Shown here: positions 33,684 through 42,977 of the stretch, one piece after another
Numbering within the stretch: position 1 is the stretch's first letter
How the letters are laid out: every line of letters starts with the position of its first letter
Assembly: GCA_005880605.1 (NCBI GenBank)
Contig: VBIS01000160.1
Span: 10,180 to 74,179, forward strand
DNA: 64,000 nt
Direction of reading: 5' to 3'
Source: Chloroflexota bacterium
Lineage (GTDB): Bacteria > Chloroflexota > Dormibacteria > CF-121
Made by a program: the position numbers and the translations under genes
Notes under the pieces: model-generated
Database searches by the model: none
The model's input: the letters and a program-made list of their open reading frames with translations, nothing else
What the model was told of the DNA's origin: nothing

Positions 33684-34168
33684 TGGACCGTCCCCGACAG
33701 CGAGATGCTGCCCGCCAGCAAGCCGCCGTTCGTGGTGGTCAGGCGCAGCCGGATGAGGCCGGTGGACGGGTCGACCGCGCTATCCGGCAGGGCGGTGGTC
33801 CCGTTGTCCTGGTAGGCGATGTCGCTCCAGGTCGCGTGGGACCAATCCCACACTTGCCCCACCACTGTCGGTCCGGTTTGGGTCGTGTTTCCCGGGGGCC
33901 CGAACTTCGGCCCATAGGGGTTCTGGGCACTGATCGAGACCGCGGTCAGGTGAGCGCCGCCGCTGAGCGACGGGGCAAACTCGTAGGTGACGCTGCCGTT
34001 CTGCATCAGGAGCATGCCGGGCGGCCCCTGACTCTGGGTATCGCCCACGACATCCACGATGCGGCCGCTGACGACGCCGGCCGGCAACGGTCCGGTACCA
34101 ATCTGGTCCACCACCAGCGACAGGACGACCGCACCGAGCGCCGTCGACCGGGGATGGCTCCCGTTCAC
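33680..34168 (-). CDS. Hypothetical membrane-anchored or secreted protein.
   Basis: ORF with an N-terminal hydrophobic segment. No recognisable domain. Confidence 0.35.
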   Translation of the reverse strand: MNGSHPRSTALGAVVLSLVVDQIGTGPLPAGVVSGRIVDVVGDTQSQGPPGMLLMQNGSVTYEFAPSLSGGAHLTAVSISAQNPYGPKFGPPGNTTQTGPTVVGQVWDWSHATWSDIAYQDNGTTALPDSAVDPSTGLIRLRLTTTNGGLLAGSISLSGTVQ

Positions 34169-34187
34169 GCTGAGACCTTGGAGCGAC

Positions 34188-36026
34188 TCATGGGTCCAGG
34201 TCGCGGTCGGCGGCCGTCATCGTCGGGCCCCCAGGGCCGTAGCCGCCCTGGTAGATCCCGGATTGGTTGTAGATCCGCATATAGAGAGGTTGAGCGAGCG
34301 ACGTCCCAGCTTTTGGTGCCAGGCTCAGGCTCGCCGAGGCGCCCGGCTTGAGCGCGCCGATGGTCTGAAAGCTATCGCCCGCGATCAGGACGGCGTCCGT
34401 GAAGGTGCTGCTCGAGCGATTCTCGATCGTACCCTTGAGCTGGCCGTTCACGACGGCCACGTGAGCGGTCAGCTTCGGCGCCGCGGTGACGCCTTCCGTA
34501 GCGAAGCCGCCCAGCGCGAAGGCCGTCATCCCGGAGAGCGTCACCTGGTTGCTGGCCACGTTGACCCGGACGCTGCCCGCGTAGGCGTAGCCGTTGTTGG
34601 TCGTGATCGGACTGATCAGCAGGCGTTCGCCGCCCGGGTTCGCCTGGTAATCGCCCCGACTGGGCGGGATGATGCCGGTGTAGGTTTCCTGGTACGCGTG
34701 ATCCGACCCGGGCTGGACGTGAATGATCGCGATCTGGTTGGTCTGAACCGACCGGCCTTTGGTGAAAATACCCGCTCCGTAGGCGCCCCCCGCCGCGAGC
34801 AAGGCGATCAGGGGGACGGTCACCCAGGCAAGGGCGCGACGCCGCATCGCGCCCAGGACGAGATAGTTCACCGGCCCGACCAGCAGGACGTAGATCAATA
34901 CCAGCGCGCCCGTGAGCTGCAAGGACGGTAAATCGAGGCCGGGCAGGTTGCCCAGGACTTGGGTCAGGGCGCTGCTTTTGGAGGCGATCGACTGCTGAGC
35001 ACCGAAACCCATCGGCGCCGGTCCCATCATCACGTTGGGGCCGTTCTGCGCCGTGCTTCCCTGTCCGAAGAAGGCGCGAGACATGACCTGGCGCAGGATG
35101 GTGCGACTGGCGCTCGCGACGGCGAGCGGTTGCTGGTTCCAATCAAACGTCGACATCGTGACGACACCGGCCCCGAAGGGGCGCTCGAGGATCAGCGGCT
35201 TACCGGAATCGCTTAACCAGGCCAGCCCACTGGTGATCGTCCCCGTGGCGATCTCGACCGCGGCTCCGCCAGCGGCGGTCGTATCGATCACAGCCGTACC
35301 CGTGACCTGCAGGGGAAGGATCGCGGGCGGAAGGCCGGCGAGCGTCTTTCGCCAGGCGGCGCCGGTGCCGACGAGCAGGTCGCCGCCGGCCGCGACATAG
35401 TCCGCGATGGCGGCGCGCTGGCCGGCCGTCAGGCTATCGGTCGCGAAGTCATCGACGACCAGGATGTCGAAGGCACGTAGTGGAATCGACGAATCCGCAA
35501 TGTCATCGGCGTGCAGATGCACCACACGGGCCGCGATGCCGCCCGGATGGACGGCGGCGAAGTCGTCAAGCGCGGCGCTCTGATCCGACAGGACGCCGAT
35601 CAGCGCCGACGTCGTCGCGCCGCTGGCCGAGTCCTGGGAGACGGCGACCCGGCCCTGCTGGGTGATGCGGGCGGTGATGGTGGCGCCGGTGGTGTTCTCC
35701 ACGAGGTAGAGCCGCACGCGCTTGCTCGCGCCGCTGGCCAGGCTGATCGGCTCCTCGTAGATGGTGAAGCCGCTGACCCCTGGTTGGGCGTTCAGCGATT
35801 CCTGGACCTCGAGCGTGCCGTCCACGCCGGCACCGGTATTCCGGGCATCGATCGTCACCGGCATCCAGGAGCCAGCCGTGACCACGTCCTGGTAGCCGAC
35901 GTGGACGGTCAGCGTCAGGGGATTGCTCGCCGCCTGAGCCGGAATGGCGGCGATCGGAAGCCCAAATGCGGTCAGAGCCGTTGCGAGGCCGATCCGCGCG
36001 GGCAGGCGCCGCCCCCAGAGACGCAT
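34188..36026 (-). CDS. Signal-peptide protein with central TM helices, possibly an ABC-exporter auxiliary component (GldG- or DUF4350-like).
   Basis: Signal peptide MRLWGRRLPARIGLATALTAFGLPIAAIPAQA. A GATase1-like ILVVDDFATDSL...VAAGGDLLV segment and TM helices near residue 430. The ORF start at 36194 would overlap the tRNA, so Met57 was chosen as the start. Confidence 0.5.
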   Translation of the reverse strand: MRLWGRRLPARIGLATALTAFGLPIAAIPAQAASNPLTLTVHVGYQDVVTAGSWMPVTIDARNTGAGVDGTLEVQESLNAQPGVSGFTIYEEPISLASGASKRVRLYLVENTTGATITARITQQGRVAVSQDSASGATTSALIGVLSDQSAALDDFAAVHPGGIAARVVHLHADDIADSSIPLRAFDILVVDDFATDSLTAGQRAAIADYVAAGGDLLVGTGAAWRKTLAGLPPAILPLQVTGTAVIDTTAAGGAAVEIATGTITSGLAWLSDSGKPLILERPFGAGVVTMSTFDWNQQPLAVASASRTILRQVMSRAFFGQGSTAQNGPNVMMGPAPMGFGAQQSIASKSSALTQVLGNLPGLDLPSLQLTGALVLIYVLLVGPVNYLVLGAMRRRALAWVTVPLIALLAAGGAYGAGIFTKGRSVQTNQIAIIHVQPGSDHAYQETYTGIIPPSRGDYQANPGGERLLISPITTNNGYAYAGSVRVNVASNQVTLSGMTAFALGGFATEGVTAAPKLTAHVAVVNGQLKGTIENRSSSTFTDAVLIAGDSFQTIGALKPGASASLSLAPKAGTSLAQPLYMRIYNQSGIYQGGYGPGGPTMTAADRDLDP

Positions 36027-36169
36027 CTCGTTCAGTAAGACGCCCGGCGGCCTGAAAAGTTCCGTTCGGGCAGTATGGTCGGCCCCTGCGGGGTCGTCAA
36101 TCGGCATCCGGCCCAGGTAAGCCAGCCGAAATGGACCGAGAGTGGCGAGCCAGCGGGCTAGAAGCGAAC

Positions 36170-36252
36170 TGCCGGAGGAGGGACTCGAACCCACACGGAC
36201 TTACGCCCAGGCGCTTTTGAGGCGCCCTCGTCTACCATTCCGACACTCCGGC
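36170..36252 (-). tRNA. tRNA-Leu(CAA), class II with a long variable arm.
   Basis: Reverse complement: GCCGGAGTGTCGGAATGGTAGACGAGGGCGCCTCAAAAGCGCCTGGGCGTAAGTCCGTGTGGGTTCGAGTCCCTCCTCCGGCA. It has a 7-bp acceptor stem, anticodon loop CTCAAAA and a GGTTCGAGTCC T-loop. Coordinates are +/-1. Confidence 0.85.
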
Positions 36253-36288
36253 GGCGAAACCCTGCGAGTATATCGGACGTTCCCGGAT

Positions 36289-36316
36289 GGAACTTATTAG
36301 CAATGTTTGCGTCTAA
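36289..36316 (+). promoter_or_regulatory. Putative ECF-sigma-type autoregulatory promoter (GGAACTT ... CGTCTAA).
   Basis: A GGAAC -35-like element and a CGTC -10-like element, about 16 nt apart, about 20 nt upstream of the ECF sigma factor ATG. Confidence 0.35.
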
Positions 36317-36332
36317 AGGCAGGAATCGCTAG

Positions 36333-36914
36333 ATGGACGATCGCGACCTGGTGGGGCGGGCCCGCCGGGGCGATCCTGAGGCGTTTACCCAACTGATCAT
36401 GCAATACCAGGTACCGGTCTACAACATGGCGCTGCGGATGGTCGGCAGGCCCGACGATGCCGCCGACATCGCCCAGGAGGCCTTTACGCGCGCCTGGGAA
36501 AAGATTCGCACCTTACGCGATGCGCCCTTCAAGTCCTGGCTGTTCCAGATCGCGGCAAACCTGTGTTACGACCATTTCCGGCGAGGCCGGCGATACGGCG
36601 AGATGCCTGACGAAGAAACCAACAAAGTGATCGGGCTCGGCATTGCGACCCCGGACCCGCAGGAGCGTGCCGAGGCGCGCGAGCGCAACCGGCTGGTGCG
36701 CGAGAGCATCGAGGCGTTGGACCCAGACATGCGCCTGGCGATCGTGCTGCGCGACGTCAACGGCATGGCCTACGACGAGATCGCCGGTGTGCTGCGCGTG
36801 CCACTGGGGACTGTGAAGTCCCGGATCGCACGGGCGCGGGCGCAGGTCCAGGAGCACCTGCAGCAGTATCCGGATTTCTTTCCGTCGACCAGGGAGGACG
36901 CTCGTGCCGAGTGA
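36333..36914 (+). CDS. ECF (group IV) sigma-70 factor.
   Basis: Region 2 (FTQLIMQYQVPVYNMALRMVG...DIAQEAF) and region 4 (LAIVLRDVNGMAYDEIAGVLRVPLGTVKSRIARAR). Confidence 0.85.
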   Translation: MDDRDLVGRARRGDPEAFTQLIMQYQVPVYNMALRMVGRPDDAADIAQEAFTRAWEKIRTLRDAPFKSWLFQIAANLCYDHFRRGRRYGEMPDEETNKVIGLGIATPDPQERAEARERNRLVRESIEALDPDMRLAIVLRDVNGMAYDEIAGVLRVPLGTVKSRIARARAQVQEHLQQYPDFFPSTREDARAE

Positions 36915-37746
36915 GCCGCGCATCCCCATGGAGCCGACGCTGGAAGAGCTATCGGCGTATCTCGATCACGAGCTGGATGACGGCGCCAAGGCGCGCGTCG
37001 CCGAGCATGTCGCGGGGTGCGCGGATTGCAAAATGCGCCTCGATGGACTACGACAGACCGCCTATGCGATCCGGGCGTTGCCGATGGAGACGCCGCCGCG
37101 GACCTTCACCGTCCCGGCAACGAGTCGCAGGTCGGTGCGCTGGGCGCCCGTCGCCGGCTGGCTCGGGGGCGTTGCCGCGGCGATGCTTGTCATCGTCTTC
37201 GGCGTCATGCACCTGAGCTTGCCGCCGCTTGGCATGGGGACTGCAGGCGCGGCGCATCCGGTCAGCGGAGGCCTTGGTCAGGGGGCCGCGCCCTACGCGC
37301 AGGGCGCGCCCTACCGCCAGGTCGCGCCGCTCGAGGGATCAACGCGCTACGCTCCCGACTCAGCTCTGAGTGCCTCCTCCAGCAACTCCAAGACCGTGAT
37401 GGACGCCCAGAGCTCGTCACGCTCGCTCACGATCAGCACGGATGCCGCCTCTTACCATGCCTCCGGCGTCGTCACCATTCATGTGACAACCAAGGGGCTT
37501 TCCACCGAGGAGGCTTCGTCGGTGCGAATCTTGCTGATGAGGGAAACGGGACAAGGCGGCTATCTCGTCAGACTCGCGGCCCCGTCGAACGCACCGGCGT
37601 TTCCCTCCGACTACCAGGCTGCCTACTCGATCCCGCAAATGCAGCTCCCCGCCCCGGTCGCGGGCAACTACACGCTGCAGGTCACGGTTGACACCAGCGA
37701 CCACTCCGGCCTGGTGGCCTGGCTGCCGTTGACGATTACGCCTTAG
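36904..37746 (+). CDS. Anti-sigma factor with an N-terminal zinc-binding anti-sigma domain (HxxxCxxC), one TM helix and an extracytoplasmic domain.
   Basis: AEHVAGCADCKMRL motif and a TM helix (WLGGVAAAMLVIVFGVM). The gene overlaps the sigma gene stop. Confidence 0.7.
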   Translation: MPSEPRIPMEPTLEELSAYLDHELDDGAKARVAEHVAGCADCKMRLDGLRQTAYAIRALPMETPPRTFTVPATSRRSVRWAPVAGWLGGVAAAMLVIVFGVMHLSLPPLGMGTAGAAHPVSGGLGQGAAPYAQGAPYRQVAPLEGSTRYAPDSALSASSSNSKTVMDAQSSSRSLTISTDAASYHASGVVTIHVTTKGLSTEEASSVRILLMRETGQGGYLVRLAAPSNAPAFPSDYQAAYSIPQMQLPAPVAGNYTLQVTVDTSDHSGLVAWLPLTITP

Positions 37747-38249
37747 CTCTTCTCCGGCGGCGGACCTTCCAGATCCGGAAGGTCCATGCTGTTGATCAGC
37801 TCTTTGAAGATTGAGAGCCGGTCTTCCTCCTCCTCTTCCTTTTCGGGGAAGACGCCGGCCTTGTCGAGGACATCCTGCGACACCATAATGGGGCAGGTCA
37901 TGCGGACCGCCAGTGCGATCGCGTCGCTCGGCCGGGAGTCGATCTCGACCTCCTTGCCGTTCACGGCGAGAAATAGTCGCGCGAAGAACACCTCGTTCGT
38001 CAGTGAGGTCACCTGGATTTTCTTCAAGCGCATCTCGGCGCTTTGAAGAATGTTGGCGAGCAGGTCGTGCGTGATGGGCCGCTCCGGCGTGATGCCCGTG
38101 ATTTTCAGCGCGATGGCATTGGCCTCGTAGATCCCGATCCAGATAGGCAAATAGCGGTCGGTCTCTTTTTCTTTCAGAATCACGACGTGCTGCCCGCTGG
38201 GCATGTGGACACGGATGGAGTCGACCTGCATTTCGACGAATTTTGCCAT
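37743..38249 (-). CDS. Bifunctional nuclease family protein (DUF151/BFN).
   Basis: RYLPIWIGIYEANAIALKITG...RPITHDLL core motif, with an acidic C-terminal tail. Confidence 0.75.
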   Translation of the reverse strand: MAKFVEMQVDSIRVHMPSGQHVVILKEKETDRYLPIWIGIYEANAIALKITGITPERPITHDLLANILQSAEMRLKKIQVTSLTNEVFFARLFLAVNGKEVEIDSRPSDAIALAVRMTCPIMVSQDVLDKAGVFPEKEEEEEDRLSIFKELINSMDLPDLEGPPPEKS

Positions 38250-38325
38250 CCTGAATTCGAGCCTATCTTATCATCGGGTTTTTAAGAGAAAGACAACGGT
38301 TGCGAGATTCCAGCGCGCCTAAACT

Positions 38326-41175
38326 TTGATCGTGACAGCACCACAGGACGAGCCGAAAGCGAGGCCGCGGCTCGTCCTCATCGACGGCCACTCCCTGGTC
38401 TACCGGGCCTTTTTCGCGCTCCCCTCGTTGACCGACAGGAATGGCCGGATGGTCAATGCGGCCTACGGGTTCACGTCGATGCTGTTGCTGGCCCTCCAGG
38501 AGCACCCGGACTACGTCCTGGCCTCGTTCGATCTGGGTGGCCGGACCTTCCGGCACGAGGAGCTGGCCCAGTACAAGGCGACGCGCCGGCCCACCCCACC
38601 CGAGCTCTCGCCGCAGTTTCCGCTGACACGCGATATCGTTCGGGCGTTTGGTATCCCTATTTACGAGGTTCAGGGCGTCGAGGCGGACGACGTGATCGGC
38701 ACCCTGGCGAGGCAAGCCCGCGAGCAGGGCTTGCACAGCACCATCGTGACCGGGGACCTCGACGCGCTGCAACTGGTTAACGAGGACGTCTTTGTCTTGA
38801 CCAGCAAGCGCGGCGTGTCGGAGACGATTCTTTACACGCCGGACCGCGTTCGCGAGCGCTATGGCCTCGAGCCCATCCAGACCGTCGATCTCAAGGGCCT
38901 CGTTGGCGACGTCTCGGACAACATCCCGGGCATTCGCGGCATCGGCGAGAAGACCGCGATCAAGCTGATCCAGGAATTCGGCTCGGTCGAAAATCTCGTC
39001 GAGAACCGCGCGCGCGTCACCCCGCCCAAGGTCCAGAAGCTCCTCGATGAGCACTGGGAGCAGGCCTTGCTGAGCAAGAAGATGGCGACCATCCTGCTCG
39101 ACGTCGACGCCAAACTCGATCTGAGCCACGGCTCCGCCAAGGACTATCGCCCGGACGCGGCCCGCACCATCCTGGCCGACCTGGGCTTCCGCAGCCTGGC
39201 GGCGCGCGTGCCGACCACCTGGAGCGACGGCAGCGCCATGTCGGCGCCACCGATCTTTGCCCCGCCGGCGAGAGAGCAGGGCCGGCTCCCCCTCGACGGA
39301 GAACCGGTGCGGCCGCCCGCGCAATCGACACTGGCCCTCGAGTCGCCGCCGACAGAGGTCGTCACCGTTGTTCGCGAGACGGCCGAGCTCGATCGAGTAG
39401 TCGCTGCCTTTGCCGCGGCCGACCGGGCCGGCTTCCAGGTCGTGACGCTCGATGACGTGCCGAGACATGGCCGCATCGCCGCCCTCGTCATCGGCCTGAA
39501 CGAAGGCGAGATTTACTACGTGCCACTGGCACACGAGCAGGAGCGTTGCCTGGAGGTGCGACATGTTCTTCAGCGCTTTGCCCCGAGCCTCCAGAGCGCC
39601 AAGCCATCGAAGCTCGGCTTCAACCAGAAGGGCGACTACCTGGCGCTCCGTGCCCACGGGATCGAGCTTGCTGGCGTCGATTGGGATCTGCTGGTGGCCG
39701 CCTATTTATTGAACTCTGGCGTTCGTTCACCCAGCCTCGAGGCGCTCGCCTCGGACGTCTTGCATCGCGTCATCGAGGGGCGCGAGTCCTTGTTCGGCAG
39801 CGGCAAGACGGCGATGACCTGCGACCAGGTCGACATCATGCGGGCTGCGGCGTTTTACGGAGACCGGATGCGCGTAATGCTGGAGCTCGCACCGCGACTC
39901 GAGTCCGAGCTCGACCGGCTTGGCAACGCCGAATTGTTTCGCGATCTCGAAATGCCGCTGGTGCCAGTGCTCGCCGAGGTCGAAATTGCGGGCGTGGCGA
40001 TCGACCTCCCCTACCTGCAACAGGTGTCGCGCGAACTGTACGAGCAATTGCAGCGTCTGGACCAGGAGATCGCCGACGTGGCGCATGGGCCGATCAACGT
40101 CAACTCGCCGCAGCAGCTGGCGAGATTTCTCTTTGAAGACCTGAATCTCCCCGGTGGGCGCAAGACGAAGAGTGGTTACTCGACCGACGCCAACGTGCTC
40201 GAGGGCCTGCGCGACCAGCATCCCGTCGTCGGGAAGATCCTGGAGTTTCGACAATTGAGCAAGCTCAAGGGCACCTACGTCGATGCGCTGCCGCTACTGG
40301 TCGACCCGCGCACCAAGCGCGTGCACACCAGCTTCAATCAAACCGTCGCGGCCACCGGCCGCCTGTCGTCCTCCGATCCCAACTTACAAAACATTCCCAT
40401 CCGAACCGAAGTTGGTCAGAAGGTGCGGCGTGCGTTCGTGCCGAGCCGGCCCGGTGACGTCCTGCTCTCGGCAGATTACTCGCAGATCGAGCTCCGCGTG
40501 CTGGCGCATATGACCGACGACCCGGTGCTGCTCGACGCCTTTGCCCGCGGCGAAGACATTCATGCGCGGACGGCGGCCGAAGTCTTTGGCATCCCACAGG
40601 AGCAAGTTACGGCCAATCAGCGGCGCCTCGCCAAGGTCGTCAATTTCGGCTTGTTCTACGGCCTGAGCGACTTCGGCCTCGCGCGCGACACCGGCATGTC
40701 CACGGAAGAGGCGCGCACGTTCATCGACGCCTACTTTCGCGCCTACAATCGGGTTCGCGAATTCCTCGAAGGCATCAAGATCCAGGCCCGCGAGCAGGGC
40801 TATGTCGAGACGGTGCTCCATCGCCGGCGTTATATCCAGGACATTCGATCCCCGAATCGCCTGCTGCGCCAGGGTGCCGAGCGGATTGCCATCAACATGC
40901 CGGTGCAGGGATCCGCAGCCGACATCATGAAGCTGGCCATGATCAGGCTGAATAGCTATATGCACGAGGAGCGCCTTGCCAGCCGCATGATCCTGACGGT
41001 GCACGATGAACTCGTCTTCGAAGTGCCCCCGGCTGAGCGCGCTCGTCTGATCGAAGTCGTCCCCGACCTGATGGCGACGGCGTATCCACTCAAAGTCCCC
41101 CTACAGGTCGATCTCAAGCTCGGGCCCAACTGGCAGGACATGGAGCGGGTGCGGCTGGTTGCCGCCAAGGCCTGA
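38326..41175 (+). CDS. polA: DNA polymerase I (5'-3' exonuclease, 3'-5' exonuclease-like and polymerase domains).
   Basis: LVLIDGHSLVYRAFFA at the N-terminus and the polymerase motifs DYSQIELR and QVHDELVFE. Confidence 0.9.
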   Translation: MIVTAPQDEPKARPRLVLIDGHSLVYRAFFALPSLTDRNGRMVNAAYGFTSMLLLALQEHPDYVLASFDLGGRTFRHEELAQYKATRRPTPPELSPQFPLTRDIVRAFGIPIYEVQGVEADDVIGTLARQAREQGLHSTIVTGDLDALQLVNEDVFVLTSKRGVSETILYTPDRVRERYGLEPIQTVDLKGLVGDVSDNIPGIRGIGEKTAIKLIQEFGSVENLVENRARVTPPKVQKLLDEHWEQALLSKKMATILLDVDAKLDLSHGSAKDYRPDAARTILADLGFRSLAARVPTTWSDGSAMSAPPIFAPPAREQGRLPLDGEPVRPPAQSTLALESPPTEVVTVVRETAELDRVVAAFAAADRAGFQVVTLDDVPRHGRIAALVIGLNEGEIYYVPLAHEQERCLEVRHVLQRFAPSLQSAKPSKLGFNQKGDYLALRAHGIELAGVDWDLLVAAYLLNSGVRSPSLEALASDVLHRVIEGRESLFGSGKTAMTCDQVDIMRAAAFYGDRMRVMLELAPRLESELDRLGNAELFRDLEMPLVPVLAEVEIAGVAIDLPYLQQVSRELYEQLQRLDQEIADVAHGPINVNSPQQLARFLFEDLNLPGGRKTKSGYSTDANVLEGLRDQHPVVGKILEFRQLSKLKGTYVDALPLLVDPRTKRVHTSFNQTVAATGRLSSSDPNLQNIPIRTEVGQKVRRAFVPSRPGDVLLSADYSQIELRVLAHMTDDPVLLDAFARGEDIHARTAAEVFGIPQEQVTANQRRLAKVVNFGLFYGLSDFGLARDTGMSTEEARTFIDAYFRAYNRVREFLEGIKIQAREQGYVETVLHRRRYIQDIRSPNRLLRQGAERIAINMPVQGSAADIMKLAMIRLNSYMHEERLASRMILTVHDELVFEVPPAERARLIEVVPDLMATAYPLKVPLQVDLKLGPNWQDMERVRLVAAKA

Positions 41176-42021
41176 GTGCCCGAGCTGCCCGAAGTTGAGA
41201 CCATCGTGCAAGACTTGCGGCCGCAGCTTGCCGGCCGCCGCATCGAGTCGGTGCAATTGACTCGCGATCCGGCGATTCGCGGCCGACTCGTGCGCTACCC
41301 GAAGGCCACAACGTTCATTCGCCGCCTGCGCGGAAGGACGATCAGGTCCGTGGAGCGCCGTGGCAAATATCTCGTCATGCCGCTGGATAAGGACGGCGAG
41401 CGGCTGGTTGTTCACCTCGGGATGACCGGACATCTACGGGTGTGGGAACCGGAAGAGGCGCCGGTCAAGCACACGCACTTTCGGGCCTTGCTCGATAGCG
41501 GGTTGGAACTGCGGTATGACGACCCCCGGCAGTTCGGGCGGCTGCTGCTCGGTACCCAGGAAGCCCTCATCGCCGGCCGCGCCTTCCCCGCCAGGCTCGG
41601 CCCCGAGCCGATCCACGGGGATCTGACGGAAGCCGAATTCGACCGGATCGTCAAGTCCCGCCGGCGGCCGATCAAAGCCGCCTTGCTCGATCAGTCCTTC
41701 CTGGCCGGCGTGGGCAATATCTACGCGGATGAGGCATGCTTTCGGGCTGGAATCCGTCCTAGCCGGTGGACGCATCGGCTCACCGGGCGTGAACGCCGGG
41801 CGCTCTACTCGGCGATCCAGGAGGTACTGGAAAACAGCATTGCGGCACGAGGCTCGTCGATCATCAACTACGTCGACGCCTTTGGGCTTCGGGGGACCAA
41901 CCAGGAGAAGCTGCTCGTCTACGGGCGAAGCGGCGAGCCCTGCATAAAATGCGGGACGCCATTGCAGGGGACCCGCCTGGCCGGCCGCGGCACCGTCTAC
42001 TGCCGCAAGTGCCAGCGCTAG
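41176..42021 (+). CDS. mutM: Formamidopyrimidine-DNA glycosylase Fpg/MutM.
   Basis: The N-terminus (M)PELPEVE places the catalytic Pro at position 2. The C-terminal zinc finger is CIKCGTPL...YCRKCQR. GTG start. Confidence 0.85.
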   Translation: MPELPEVETIVQDLRPQLAGRRIESVQLTRDPAIRGRLVRYPKATTFIRRLRGRTIRSVERRGKYLVMPLDKDGERLVVHLGMTGHLRVWEPEEAPVKHTHFRALLDSGLELRYDDPRQFGRLLLGTQEALIAGRAFPARLGPEPIHGDLTEAEFDRIVKSRRRPIKAALLDQSFLAGVGNIYADEACFRAGIRPSRWTHRLTGRERRALYSAIQEVLENSIAARGSSIINYVDAFGLRGTNQEKLLVYGRSGEPCIKCGTPLQGTRLAGRGTVYCRKCQR

Positions 42022-42056
42022 GCCGGCCTCGCTGGCCGGTTCTCAGCCGCAGGCTG

Positions 42057-42977
42057 ATGATCACGGCCGCCGCGTTTGCCGCCGGATTCGTCCTGATCGC
42101 GTTGCTGGTGAGCCTTGGCGTCTTCGGCGGCTTCAACTTGCGCCTGACCCACTATTTGCAAGGCCGTGGCAGTTTCGGGCAGGACGTTGGGCTCGGTATT
42201 TTCGCCTATCTGGGCAGCATCGAGCTGACGCTGGTGATCGCCGCCCTGATCGGATTGGCCCTCTTTCGTGGCTTGCGCCTGCTCGCCGTCTTGCCGGTGG
42301 CCGTGATCCTGGTTGCCACCGGGATCGAAATCCTCGGCAAGGTCATCGTGCCGAGCGTCGCTCCCGGCAAAACCTTCCAGCGCTTCCCGGATATTCTGCC
42401 CTCGCTCAGCCACCCCGCCGGGACGTACTCGTTTCCCAGTGGCCACGTGGTGCGGGCAACGATCGCCTATGGCCTCGTACTCTATCTCGCGGAGCGCTGG
42501 GAGCTCTTCGGCCGCGACAGTTCGCGCCTCAGCCCGGTACTGGTGCTGGTCGTCTTTCTTGTCGGGTACGCCGTCGTGTACCTCGGCTGGCACTGGTTCG
42601 CTGACGCCGTTGGCGGCTTACTCCTGGGTCTGACGCTGCTCTTTGGTCTGATCGCCTACCTCGAGCGCAAGCGCACGACTGCCGAGCAGCTTTTGAATTG
42701 CAGGGAGTCGCTGGGGTGGTTTGAGAGTGAACGGCACTACCTACAATTAAGAGGTGCCAAAGTTCTCCTTTACGGCTGGGTTTTCCCCGGCGGGCGGCCA
42801 GCCGGAGGCTATCCAGAAGCTTGCCGAAGGGGTCGAAAAGGGCCAGAAACACCAGGTCCTGCAGGGTGTGACCGGCTCCGGCAAGACGATGGTGGTCGCC
42901 CAGATGATCCAGGAGATCCAGCGGCCGACGCTCGTCATGTCGCCCAACAAGACGCTGGCGGCGCAGCTGTGCAGTGA
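42057..42977 (+). CDS. PAP2-family membrane phosphatase. The 3' end is uncertain: the ORF runs 224 nt into uvrB.
   Basis: Six TM helices with PAP2 motifs (KVIV...PSGH...SRLSP...H). The PAP2 domain ends near 42690. Confidence 0.55.
   Translation: MITAAAFAAGFVLIALLVSLGVFGGFNLRLTHYLQGRGSFGQDVGLGIFAYLGSIELTLVIAALIGLALFRGLRLLAVLPVAVILVATGIEILGKVIVPSVAPGKTFQRFPDILPSLSHPAGTYSFPSGHVVRATIAYGLVLYLAERWELFGRDSSRLSPVLVLVVFLVGYAVVYLGWHWFADAVGGLLLGLTLLFGLIAYLERKRTTAEQLLNCRESLGWFESERHYLQLRGAKVLLYGWVFPGGRPAGGYPEACRRGRKGPETPGPAGCDRLRQDDGGRPDDPGDPAADARHVAQQDAGGAAVQ

Noticed and set aside
36026-36252. Integrative element or prophage at tRNA-Leu(CAA), and likewise at tRNA-Leu(CAG).
   Set aside because: No integrase, recombinase, direct-repeat att duplication of the tRNA 3' end, or compositional shift is evident. 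The downstream genes are a MoxR/ABC cluster and look chromosomal.
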